From positions 310,001 through 374,000 of the forward strand of contig CAJNYD010000005.1 of assembly GCA_905331295.1 (NCBI GenBank): 64,000 nucleotides of DNA, in the 5' to 3' direction. The DNA is from Rotaria socialis. Taxonomy: Eukaryota. The translations under genes were made by a program, and so were the position numbers. How positions within the stretch are numbered: the first letter of the stretch is position 1; each line of letters starts with the position of its first letter. Under the pieces are notes generated by a model. That model searched no databases. It had not been told where the DNA came from and saw only the letters and a program-made list of their open reading frames with translations. This document shows, in pieces, positions 1 through 12,441 of the stretch.

Positions 1-1228
1 ATCTTTAAAGGTTTGATTGTAATCGTGTAAATTTCATTCGATTTAATTTAGAGAAAGCCTCTGTTATGTGCTAAATCATAGATCGAATATATTCTGCAGT
101 ATATCGAACTAAAACAAATGACGAAACTTTAATTACTATACCGACACGTATGATCGAGAAACTTATCAATAGAAAAAGAGTTTCCAGGTGCACCATAATA
201 AGTGTCTTAAACTTTAGAAACTATATTTTGATCAGTTTTTAAAATGTGAAATATTAAAGATGATGTGAAATGTATTTAATCAAACACACTTGAAGTGCTC
301 AAATTAGAATCGACAATCAAATCAAATTTTAAAAAGTAACTCCTAATTGATTCATTCATCTAGCATTGATCTTCTAAAGACGTCAGTCTTGGTTACCACT
401 TTTTTGAATCATATTTTGATGAATTAACTTATGATTGCAAAATATTTCGATAGATCCATTTAATTTCAACAACAAATGTTTGATCTAAATAGTATTTAGT
501 GCCATTGTAAAACTGGAATAAACTGTACAAGTTGCTTTCATTGAAAAGAATTTGATAATCAATTTTATTGTGATACTAGAATGACAATTAAGTGTTAAAT
601 ATAAATATCTTCGTTCTCTATCATAAATACTAGTAGCTAATTATTTTCTACATTTTCCCTAGCCCTTCTTTACGTCATCCATTTTATATGTAATAATGGA
701 CTGTTTATACAATCATCATTGCAGTTTTTTGATTAGGTAGAAGGATTAGTAACATTTTTTGCAAATTAGTTATGTTCTTTACTTTATGGCAACACATAAA
801 ACTAGACAGATACATCGTTCGAACACTATAAAATTCAGTATACTGCGAAAATTAGAATCATCAGCGACGACCAGCTCTTATTCGTATGTTTTGATTTCAT
901 TTACAATATATTCTACAAGTCCTTGTGTTTCGATGTATAATCCTCGGTAAATAATCTTTAATTAATGATAAATAGAACCACAGATGACATGTTTATAGCA
1001 ACAATATTTATTGCGAAATATATCTATTTATCTTATATGCAACAATAAATCGATATACATATATATTTTCTTTGCCGAACCATTGGATTTCTCATAAGCA
1101 ACTTAATTTCATTTGAAGTTGACTCTCGCATTGCGTATAGTATGATACATGCATGTGATTCAATTGGATTTATCTGAAACAAAAACATCAAACAATTTAT
1201 TAACCTATCTTGAAACATTGTTTATAAT

Positions 1229-3622
1229 TCAGCTGTGTTTCCTATTTATTTGTAAAAAGTAGTAATCTAATTCTGATTGTTCAACGAGACTGGGTGCTTG
1301 AGCCATAAGATCTTTTCCATTGCCTGTTTTTGGAAAAGCTATTACATCTCGTATATGTTCTGTTTCGAGTACTAAAGCAAGTAGCCGATCCAATCCAAGT
1401 GCAATACCACCATGTGGTGGTGCACCATATTCGAGTGCTTGTAATAAATGTTCCAAATGTTCAATTGGTAATTGAAGAACATCATTAAGAACAAAGCGTT
1501 GTATAGATGAATCATAAATTCGAATTGAACCACCAGCAACTTCAAAGCCATTTAAAACGAGATCATAATGTTGACCTGTAATATGTGGCCAATCTTTTTT
1601 TGATGATAAAAGTGATACATGTTCATTGATTGGGGCTGTAAATGGGTGATGTGTTGACTCAAATTTTGTTCGATCATCTTCCATTGGTGTAAATAACGGA
1701 AAATCTATAATCCATAAAAAGTTCCATTGACGTCTTTTTCTTAATTCAATTCCATAATGTTTTTCGAGTACATCAGCTAAGTTCAAACGAAATTTGCCCA
1801 TTTTAATTAAACATTCTTGTTCATTATTTGTTTTATTTAAAAGAAATTTTCTATTATTTGCATCATATTTTATATCATTGTCACCATCGATTAAATCGTT
1901 GGCATTATTTATTGGAATAGGACTTGTTATTGAAAGTTGTTCTGAACTATGTTCGATTTCAAGACCAAAACGTGTATCAGGTTTATCTGTTCCATAACGT
2001 GACATAGCTTCAGCAAAAGTTAAACGAGGAAATGACACTTTTTCAAGCTTTTCCGGCCAACAGGCAACTACAAGTTGTTCAACTAAAGAAAAAATATTTT
2101 CACGTGAAACAAAACTTAGTTCTAAATCAATTTGAGTAAATTCAGGTTGTCGATCAGGACGTCCTAAAAGAAAAAGAAATATCTAAAAACGTATGTGCAA
2201 AGTGTTCGCAAAACATATTCAGTCATTCGAGATAAGTAAACTGTGATTATTTTTCTTTTTGCATGATGCTTCAGAATAATTCATTTCGATTGAAGACTAA
2301 CTCATAATGAAGAAAAAACCTTAACTTAGCGAAACGATGCCTATCTTTTTAAATTTCTGTTTAGATACGATTATAGTCGACAGAAATTTCGAGTTCATAT
2401 TAAATTATCAAAAAGGACTTGAAGTAAAATTGATTTAAACTATAAAAACTGCAAATAAAAACGTGTGTTTATACTAAAATGTCACATTCTGAGACGATAG
2501 ATTTCGTGTTCGATGGTTTAAATATTTGATACATTGTTATTGATAATATCAGAGGAAACTGTATAATAATAATAATAATAATAGGGATAAAATGTTAAAA
2601 TTATTACTAAACATGAAAGTATAAACGTTGAAACAGCATCTTGTCTTGTAAGAAGCATTAATGTTTGAGTATCAGAGACGGAAAGTCGAGTACGTCAGAA
2701 AAAAAAACTATTTTCAATCTATAATTATGACCAACTGGTTCTGATTGACTACTTTTGATTATCTCCATTGACTGAATATATTGCACAAAAACGGATCATC
2801 TAATTCAAAAATAAAAAAACCTGTTTCATCTCGAAAACATTTTGCTATTTGAAAATATCGATCAAATCCTCCCACCATTAAAAGCTGTTTAAATTGTTGT
2901 GGACTTTGTGCTAATGCATAAAAAAGTCCACCCTCGTTTAAGTGAGTTGGAACAATAAATTCTCGTGCACCACCAGGTGTACGTCGAAATAATGATGGAG
3001 TTTCAATATCAACAAATGAATGTTTTAATAAAAATTCTCGCACTTTGGCAATAAATGATGAACGAAAACGAATACGTTCTTGCATTACATCACGACGAAA
3101 ATCTAAATAGCGATATTTTAAACGTGTTATTTCATGTGATTCATGATATTTCGTTATATTGACTGGTAATTCTGGTAAACAGGCGTTTATTACTTTGTAA
3201 TCGGTTACATGAATCTAAATTCAATTTTATAGTTTTATCTTAAATTCTAGTCAACTTACTTCAAGATGACCTAAAGTCATGTCTGTATTAATATCTCTTT
3301 CAGGTCGTTTCTTAAGTATTCCTTTGACATGGATACATGATTCAAACGGTGTTTTTTCTAAAATTGTACGCTGTTCTTTCATTGAGATTGGGAGAATGAA
3401 TTGAATAAGGCCTGAATGGTCACGAAGAACTCCAAATAATTTCTTACGACGATGTTGTAGCCATCCATAAACGGATACCGATGTATCAATCAGATTTGCA
3501 TTAGATAAATCAGACACTAAATATTGTCGATACGAAAACTTAGTTGTATAACATGATGATGTTGAAGCAAACCGATAATGGCGTACTGTTGATGAAAAAT
3601 GTTTTAAAATATTAGACAGCAT
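1229..3622 (-). CDS. DARS2: Mitochondrial (bacterial-type) aspartyl-tRNA synthetase, 3 exons (3622-3260, 3214-2821, 2163-1229), ~563 aa
   Basis: Spliced translation gives an N-terminal transit-like MLSNILKHFSSTVRHYRF, an OB-fold (GWLQHRR..LRDHSGLIQ), [87 protein letters not shown], and motif 3 GAPPHGGIALGLDRL..IRDVIAFPKT. GT-AG introns 3259-3215 and 2820-2164 keep frame. Confidence 0.95.
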
Positions 3623-4247
3623 ATCTTTAAAAAAATCGAAGATTGTATTTAAAGTTGAAACCTTAGAAAATATAATACCACATAAAGAAATTCGTTTAGC
3701 TAAATAAATCCGATTTGTTTTCTTCATAATTATATTTCAGTCTCTCTATTCATGAAATACAATATATATTCGATTTAAACTACGAATACTACTGTTAATC
3801 TTACACATTTTAATGTGTTAAATCTTCTAAGTGATAACTGTGATGAATAGAAATCAACAGTTCTTCTATCTGAAACGCATTTTTTTTGCATGGCCGCTCA
3901 AAGAAATCATTACTCATGCATTGGTCGTGCCATTAACGAATCATATCTAAGATGATCTTAATAAATCACACAGTATCCTTCTTTGTAAATCTCTTAACTT
4001 GATTTGCTTTAATATTAATCAAGATTAAAATGAATAAAATAATGAAAACAAAAAAGAAAGGCGACATATTTATTTTCATTGGCTAATGAATGTGTATCGA
4101 GAAAAGAAAAGAAAAGAAGAAGAAGGAAGAATCTACTCTGCTCGCTTATTTATTGGTCTTCTTGTTCAAGGAACAAAGACTATTTTTTTTCTGCTCTTCA
4201 GATGTTATCTTTGTTTCCTGTTTTAGATCAATAATAGCAAAAACAAC
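3623..4247. promoter_or_regulatory. Short head-to-head intergenic region between DARS2 and LASP1-like gene; likely bidirectional promoter / 5' leaders
   Basis: The two predicted start codons diverge ~625 bp apart. Promoter function is inferred from position only. Confidence 0.5.
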
Positions 4248-6509
4248 ATGTCAACTGCACAAAATAAAAAGTGTGGAAAATGTGAAAAAGTTGTTTATCC
4301 AGCGGAAGAAATAAAATGCCTTGATAAAGTAAGTTTGTCATTTCGAACTTTTTTTGACGCCACTTCAACTCAGTGCTAATGATAATTGATTTTTATCATT
4401 AGATAAGAACGTAACATCATATATCAATTCATTATCTGTAGGTTTTCATTTTTGAAAAGCAGTTTTGAATGGAAATATAATGCATGTATTTCATGTTCTT
4501 CAGCAAGACATATACACCTTATTCATGAATTGCTTCAATTGTACTGATATAAACTTGATCTCATGATACAAAGCATTGCATGTGAAAGAGAAAGTGTGTG
4601 TATCTTCTAGAAGTATCGAATTTCTTTCCGTCATAAAAAAAAATAAACTGCGTTTTTATTTACTATTAAATAAATTTTGTTTTTTTCAGTTTTGGCATAA
4701 AGGATGTTTAAAATGTTCAGTGTGCGGAATGACACTTAATATTAAAAATGTCAAAGGCTACGATAGAATGCCGTATTGTAATGTGTATGTAGTTGAGATA
4801 ATTTATGTGAATAAGAGTAAAATATTTCTTTTAGACATTATCCACAACCAAAACCTACCGTTATTGCTGATAATCCAGAAATGCAACGTATTCGATTACT
4901 AACAGACATTCAGAGCAATGTATAAATCTTTTTTCTTCTTTGAAAAATTGAATAGTTAAAAAATGATTCTTTTCAGGCGAAATATCATGAAGATTTCAAT
5001 AAAAGTAAAGGAAAATTTACCGTCGTAACTGATGATCCAGCATTAATACGAGCTAAAGAACAACAGCGTATTGTGAGTCAAGCAGAATATACAGGCAAAC
5101 GAAAAGATAGTACATCACAAATGCTCGCTCAAGGTTGATAGATTTATTATAATATATTTCTAGTTTTAATCTTTTTTGGATCTTTTTAAAGATAGTTGTC
5201 AACCGTCTAATGGAAATAATACTAACAATCGAGGTTTAAAAGCAGCTGAGTCAGCAGTAGGACGTGGTAAGTTCATCTTATTAGTTTCTTTTTGGCGTTT
5301 TCTATTGAATACTTATAGTGGCTGATTATGATCCGATGAATGATGATCGTGGTTCATTAGCAAGGGGTTATGAGCCGACATCAAAAGCCATGCATACCAC
5401 TAGTAAGTATTTCATGTAATAGTAACCATGATACATGTGGTAATAGAAAATAGAATACAGTAGAAATTTTCAAAAATGTATTTTTGAAAACCGAGTACAT
5501 CCTACATAATTAAGATTTTAAAAATTATCGAATGTCAGATCTTCAACAGACTTTCACAAGTCATTATATTAGATTCTAGTTGTTCATCTAACTATTTGTT
5601 AAGCAATGACATTCATGAACAGAAGGTAGTGTATAATTATTTCGTCTTTTTAGTTTAAGTTAAGTCTGTTTCTAGATTAATCGAATAAGAATTCAAGAAA
5701 AGAAGTTTACCAAAAATGGCGATTACGCAAATCCTTGTCTCAATAGGAATTGAAGTTTAACCGTCTGCTAGATTAAGTAAATTATATTATAAATTGTATG
5801 AATCAGAATATGATTCAAGAGCGTAACTCAACAGTTCATAGTTGTTCTATAAATAACAATACAAATATCGAGGAATGTCTTTAAATGTGGTGTGAATTAA
5901 TGCTGGAATAGGCTTTTTTCCAGACTGAAACTAAATGAAGTTTGTCTCTCACATCGGTAACCATCTCATATTCTAATCAGATCGCTTTCATTTTACCATT
6001 TAAATATTCTAGTTTCGCGCATACTGATCTTATAGAATGTAAAATAAGCACATTTTTTTATTGTTTAAATATAGCTTATGACGTAAATCAAAAAAATGTT
6101 GCTCAATCCAACACAAAAGTCGAGAATAGTACCATCAGTGGAAACGGAAATGGAAACAAAAATTCATATCATCAACATCAAGATGAACAACAAATCTCAT
6201 CAAATAATATTCATCATGTTGATCAACCTGAACAATATTCACATGGTGATAATCATCCAACGCAGGTTAGTGTCTTTTGCTTAAAAAACAAAAAACAAAC
6301 ATTAATTTCTGTTTTATTTAATAAATATTTAGGTGAAAGTTCGTGCACTTTATTCATATACAGCAGCTGAATCAGATGAAATAAGTTTTACTGAAGGTGA
6401 CATTCTTGTTCAATGTGAACATATTGATGCGGGTTGGATGCTAGGTCGAAATCCTAAAACAGGTCATCAAGGTCTACTTCCATCGAACTATGTGGAAATT
6501 ATCGATTGA
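4248..6509 (+). CDS. LASP1: LIM and SH3 domain protein (LASP family), ~8 exons
   Basis: Exon 1 4248-4328 MSTAQNKKCGKCEKVVYPAEEIKCLDK; exon 2 from 4690 [35 protein letters not shown] (LIM). Nebulin-like repeats ADNPEMQRIR..QSNAKYHEDF and TDDPALIRAKEQQRIVSQAEY follow, then an ADYDP linker motif. The last exon is an SH3 domain VKVRALYSY..DEISF..IDAGWM..GLLPSNYVEIID, TGA at 6507-6509. Confidence 0.93.
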
Positions 6510-8511
6510 GAATTATAATATTTTTTCTTTTTCTTCTTGTTTTCATTTATTTGGGGATTTTCTTTATTTCTCATAGAGATTTGTAAATAACTCTTTTCTC
6601 TTCGTTTTTTTACTCTACACCAGCAACATTCGAATCTTATCTGATTTTTGCGTTTATTTGCCTTTCCCCCCTATTTTACCGTGTGTGGACGTGTTGTTAC
6701 AGTTTCAACAGAACTCATTGAAGGCAAACAGTTTTTCAATAAAGATAAGAATCACCCAATAATGGTTATCAAGTATCTGAATAAATTTTTTTCCTGACTC
6801 TTAAACATTCGGTTTTATATCTAAACAGAAATTTAGCAGTCTTTTTTATGGACATGATGGGACCATAGTAAATAAAATAAAATGATGAAATAGTTTTATT
6901 AGAAAAAGAATGATATATTCTATTTCAAATTCTTGTTGAGACAATGAATATTTTTGTTAATAAAGAAGAATTTTATCTTTCAAATTAAGCATTAATAAAA
7001 TGGAACAAAAATTGAAAATATTATCTATTATATGCAAAACTATATTGCAATATGAATTTTTATAACCTTCTAAATTTATTCAATTTTGACGTTACAGAGT
7101 TACAAGTCATGGAATTTTTTTCTACATTGATCAAACACTACGATTCAAAACAAATATAATAGAATTATGCTAAATTTATAAGAGGAAGGATGGAAAAAAT
7201 TCAAAAGATTTTTTTTATAATTTTTCACAATTGTCTTTCTTCATACTTGAAAATAGAATTTTGATAAATATCAATAAAATATCTCTAAAATAATTAAATG
7301 GACATGTGTGAATTCTTACGTTTATTTAGTATCTCAATAGAAACCACTAATAAGAACTTGAATATTTGTGTTGATGAAATATCATCGTAAAATAATAAAC
7401 GATTCGAATGATATATTAAACTAAATTTTTCATGTGGGCATAAACAAACTGATATTGAGACTGATGCAAAACCATTTGATCCTATTGATGTAAAATTAAT
7501 TATTTAGCAGAGAAAATATCAACGATGAAGCAGATTGTGTACTATGAGACTGAGATATTTTAGTTTAATAAATAATAATTAAAAACTATTCAAAGATGTA
7601 TACTAATAGAGATTTCATTTAATTTGTTATCAAATAAAATCTAGTTCTAATTATGGCTGAGCTAAATTCAGAATATTGAATCATTATTAGTAATATAGTT
7701 TAATTATTAGTTTAGTAATATTCATCAATACAGAAAAGTCTTGAGCATGCACTCCGCTGAACTTATAATTTATGTAAAAATTATGTACATCAGACACATC
7801 ATTTCAGTTCTGTCATGCAAAAAAGTTGCTTACATAACACAAAAATAACTATTGAGACAACATGATTTAAAAGTGTAACAGATTAACTCGAGATGATCAA
7901 CTAAAAAAAATACCTAACACTCATTATACATAAACAGTCGACATCAATAGACAAATATTTTTCAGTTTTAGTGCTTCATTATAGCATAAGATGATTTTGT
8001 TTTCATGAATAAAAAAACAGATTTGTTTGGTTATACATAAAAATATTTCAAGTCAATTGAGTCGGTTTATATTTATATATTTTTTTCATTTTAAATATCC
8101 CGTCGAGAAATTTCAAGCGAAAAAAAAACTAATGCACCGTGCATATTTTTTTATTTGCATTCAACGATAAGAGAAGTCATACGCAATCTATTGACGTGTT
8201 TAAAAATTAATCAAAACTTGAAGATCCATTTTTCTTTCCTATGTGAATATACAGTTTTAACGAACAACAAACAAACGACGACAAATATAAGAAGAAGCAA
8301 AAGAAATTCAAACCAACTAAAGATTTTTTTCTCTAGCTATGGAAAGAACGAGCAATAGTAAATTGATGGTGTTTATGCATTGACAAGAGTTCATTAAAAG
8401 CTCTATTTAACTTCATTCTTCGAAAATCTAGATCACAAACACTAGTAAGTAGACAATAGAACAATATTTACATCGGCGAATTAGATCAAAAGAATCATCA
8501 AAATATCTCAT

Positions 8512-9872
8512 ATGGAACCATTGAATATTAACCCCAATTTACCATGTTTACGTGCTTTGACAAATTCTCGTAGAGGAAAACGACGTTTATCATGTAGTAG
8601 TCCATGTTCTAGAAGTACTCATTCGTCACCTAGGTTATCTCCAACACAATCTAAAAATGTTATTCCAATACCAATTCTTATCGAGTTATGCATGTATCCG
8701 GATGAAGATTATTCATATCAAACAATGAAAATTTTACTGTCACCACGTTATCATTATTCACCAAATGTATGTGATGAATTTGGTTGTAATGTACTTATGT
8801 ATACGCTTCGCTATCAACGTTATGAATTATTTGATTTTTTATTAAATGAAGCATCATTTGATATTGACCTTCGGTCGAAAGATCGACAAGGTAATACAAT
8901 ACTGCATTATGCTGTTATTTATGGAAAAGATGCTACACAAATAATAGAAAATTTAATTCAAAAATTTATGAAATTCGGTATTGATGTTGATGCGAGAAAT
9001 ATTTTGGGATTTACACCATTACTTTTAGGTAAAACTATTTAAAAATTTCTATTCAGATATTAAGATTTCTATTGATGCTGCTAGCGATGTTTTGTGGACG
9101 ATACGATGTTGTTTTAACTTTATTAACTAAAACAGATGCATCGCCATTCGTCGGAGATTATGTTCAATCAATGAATATACTTGACTTTGTTGAAATCGAT
9201 AGAAAACATAAAGCACTTCTCGATACAATTGAAAATAGGTCTGTTTTACATTGAATGAATAATAAGTAGATTGTATTCATGCTTTTCAGTCGTCCACATT
9301 CACAATATCCTCGTATGAATCGTGAATTGACTCGTTTAAATATACAACTTTATAAAACTCTTCCATGTCGATCAGAAACTCTATGCCAAACGATTCAAAT
9401 TCATCATTCGGTGAATTTTTTTAAAGATATTTTTCCACAAGCTGTTCATGACCGTTCAGGCCTAATTCGTTTAACAATTTTAAAAATGATTGATAAAAAA
9501 TACTCTTCATCAAATTTAACACACCTTGTTCAATATGTAAATCAACGTTATCCACACATAAGTACGTTAAGAAATTTAGATAATTCACAACGCAAACCAA
9601 CACCAAAATTAGTAACAAAAATTGTTTCTCAATGTGAAAATTCTAAAACAAATGTACACAACATTTTCAACTTATTCGATCCTGATTTACGACCTAAAGC
9701 TATGATGCCAAAAGTGTTAACGACAGCACATTCACAACTATTAGCAACAAATGCTAGAGCACCAAACACATTCAAACGACTAGGCACTAAACTAACAGTA
9801 ATTGCTGCTCTGTCTCGATCTCAAACTACCAATAAAGCGTTTGACTCGATTAAAACAGGCGGTGCTAAATAA
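8512..9872 (+). CDS. Ankyrin-repeat protein, 3 exons (8512-9028, 9085-9238, 9290-9872)
   Basis: Ankyrin motifs DEFGCNVLMY, KDRQGNTILHYAV and RNILGFTPLLLAMFCGRYDVVLTLL. Two GT-AG introns join the three ORF-track pieces in frame. The true start may lie in small upstream exons near 8339-8484. Confidence 0.8.
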
Positions 9873-12441
9873 TAATTGTTCTTCAAAAGATGAATGGCGT
9901 GTTTTTTCTTTTTTATAAACTTAACAATATTAATCATACTTGGAAAATATTGACTTGAGAAAATATTTTTATTAAATTTAATATTCTTTTATATTGAATT
10001 CCGATTAAAATTTGGTATACTAGCTAAAGACTTATGAATGAGTATGTACTCTTCGTAGAAACAATGAAGTAACGTGAGTCGCAACGATCTATGCCTCAAA
10101 ATCAGGAATTTCAATAGAAGTCAGAATAGTTTAAGCCTTATTATGATAATGATGTCCTTTGATAAAAATTTTATGAAAAAAAACAACTAAATTGATGAAA
10201 TTCGATTCAAATTAGCATCTATGTATATTTAATAAAAAATTAATGATCAAGGATAACTCAACCAAGTAACAAGATTTATTGTCAGTGCTATATTTCCAAA
10301 CCTTGTTTTATTTTATTTTCATTCCTTCTTCATCAGAGATATAGCATTAGTGGATGTTGAAGATGTATGCATTCTAATTAATTACTTGTGGAGAGATTTT
10401 AGTTTACTTCTAATTGAAATCAAATTTTTTAGCAGAAAAAGGTTGTAATATGTAATAAGAAAAAAAGAGTTCGTCAGTGTTATGCTATTAAAATAAAAAT
10501 ATGTACTTTGAGCACTCTAAAAAATTTCTTTTTTCATTCATTTCACATTGTTTTTCTTGGTCACATTCTTTCTCTCTCTCTCTCTCTACACATGTACAAC
10601 TAACATTTTATTGAAATATATTTCTAAATTATATGTTGCATCAAATACACATTTTAAAGTATTAAAAAGTACAGAAGTGAGGATATGATATATGTTGGTG
10701 GTTGTCGTTGTGTTTTGAAGTGTGAATCTTTGCTTCAATATGATCTACATTCAGTCAGACAAAGTCAATAAAAATAATACTTAAAAATATATGTACGTTT
10801 CGTGTCTTAAAAACAATTCTCAGAACTAAATTCAAAAAAGTTTAAAATCAATAATCCCTGCAGACTTGCTGTTTTAGAAAAGTAAAAGCCGTATTTTGAC
10901 GTTTTTTGCATCATAAGAAGCGCATCTTCTTACGGATTTCCGTAAGCTTGCTAGTGAATAGACACTAGTTCAAGAAATTCATTGACAATAAACAAATCAA
11001 TTAATAAATCTTAGTGCTATCAATGAAAGACAAAATATTGATGTTGAATATAAACAGTTGAAAGATGAACAAATCCAATTCGTAAGTAAATAGACGTATT
11101 TTCAAGGAGAATGCATTGAAACAATTAAAACGTTAGAATCAAGACGTTAAAATACTTTCTACAATCATGATTGATAAGAAATTGCATGATAGTCGTATCA
11201 CTGAAGTGCTTACAACAGTTACTGTTGTTAAAAGACTTGCTTTGAAAAATCAACTATTTAAAAAAAAGATGAAAATTTGGGCTGATGACCGGAAAAAAAA
11301 CAATGTATGATTGAAATAAACACAATTCGAATATACATAAGCCTTTTATTTTTGTTCTTGGCAAAGATCCTTCAAATATATCGTTAGAAGTTTTAAAGAA
11401 ACGATAAGCATAATAAAATGACATCTCGTGATAACGTATTGATGATTTTACGAAGAAAAAAACCCATTAAATGTCAGAGTTTTCAAATGAATACCAGGAA
11501 AACAGTGAGCACTTCTATGATCACTGAAAGATCTGATTATAATAATCAATACTAGAATAAAATATGCCATGTGGGACGTGTTCAAAATCGTTTTAGTTAA
11601 TTTCCAATGAATTTTATTTACAAAATTCACTGATATCTTTGTTACAAAGAAACTGAAATTTATATACTAATCTCACAAATTTCAAAAAGTCATATTATCT
11701 ACGTTACGTTAGGTACGAATGACTTACAAAAGGGGTTTTCCAAGTCTTTATTGTTTATCTGTAACTAAGTAGTTTATTGAAAACGAACAAAACAAGCTAT
11801 ACGCAATTTTCATCATAGAAAAATTGTAATCAATTTGAATTTTCTCGTTCATCAGTTAAGCACGTCGAGGTACATGTTATCTTTCTAGACTAATTTAGAT
11901 CCTTTGACCTTTTCCCTCTCTTCCGATGAACTATATCACCCATCAAATTGATTCTAAAAGGTTTGCCTCGATATATATTGTTCGATTATTTAAATGCACT
12001 CATTCTGTCACCGTTTCGAATTTTCGCGATAGTAATAGAATAAACGAGTACATTTACAGAATAGTGAAACGTAATATCCCTGGATAATATGTATTCCTTC
12101 TATGATGAATCACATATTCAGCTGCTGGACGGTCGTCTTCTTTCTAACGATATGCTATTTTCTCTCCGTCTCTTATTGTTCGGATGTGTTCTTGTCGTTA
12201 TTTTATCATTTTTACCTTTAACTCGACGCTCGATCACGCCCAGCGGCGGTGACGAGTTGTCCGTACTTATTCTATTAAACTGATAAATATTGATCTTCGA
12301 TTTTGAAAAGAAAGTTTTCAAAAGCAAATTCTTTCTCTGTGTATCATCATAATCTTCTACGATTCCAGTCTCGATCAGAGTAAATATTTCATTTTTTTAT
12401 AATAATAAAACTCAATTATTATTATAACCCTATTTATAGTA

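Noticed and set aside
760..960. Minus-strand IIYRGL fragment suggestive of an ADP-ribosyltransferase relic
   Set aside because: A single short motif with in-frame stops; not enough to call.
3623..3727. N-terminal extension MKKTNRIY... of the DARS2 ORF
   Set aside because: Contains an intron-like T-rich tract and acceptor. The ATG at 3622 gives a better mitochondrial transit peptide.
11282..11300. CTGATGA...GAAA hammerhead-like core (similar CTGANGA hits near 11850 minus, 17091, 48992)
   Set aside because: No base-paired stems I-III or properly placed cleavage triplet could be built by eye; a covariance-model search would be needed to exclude it fully.
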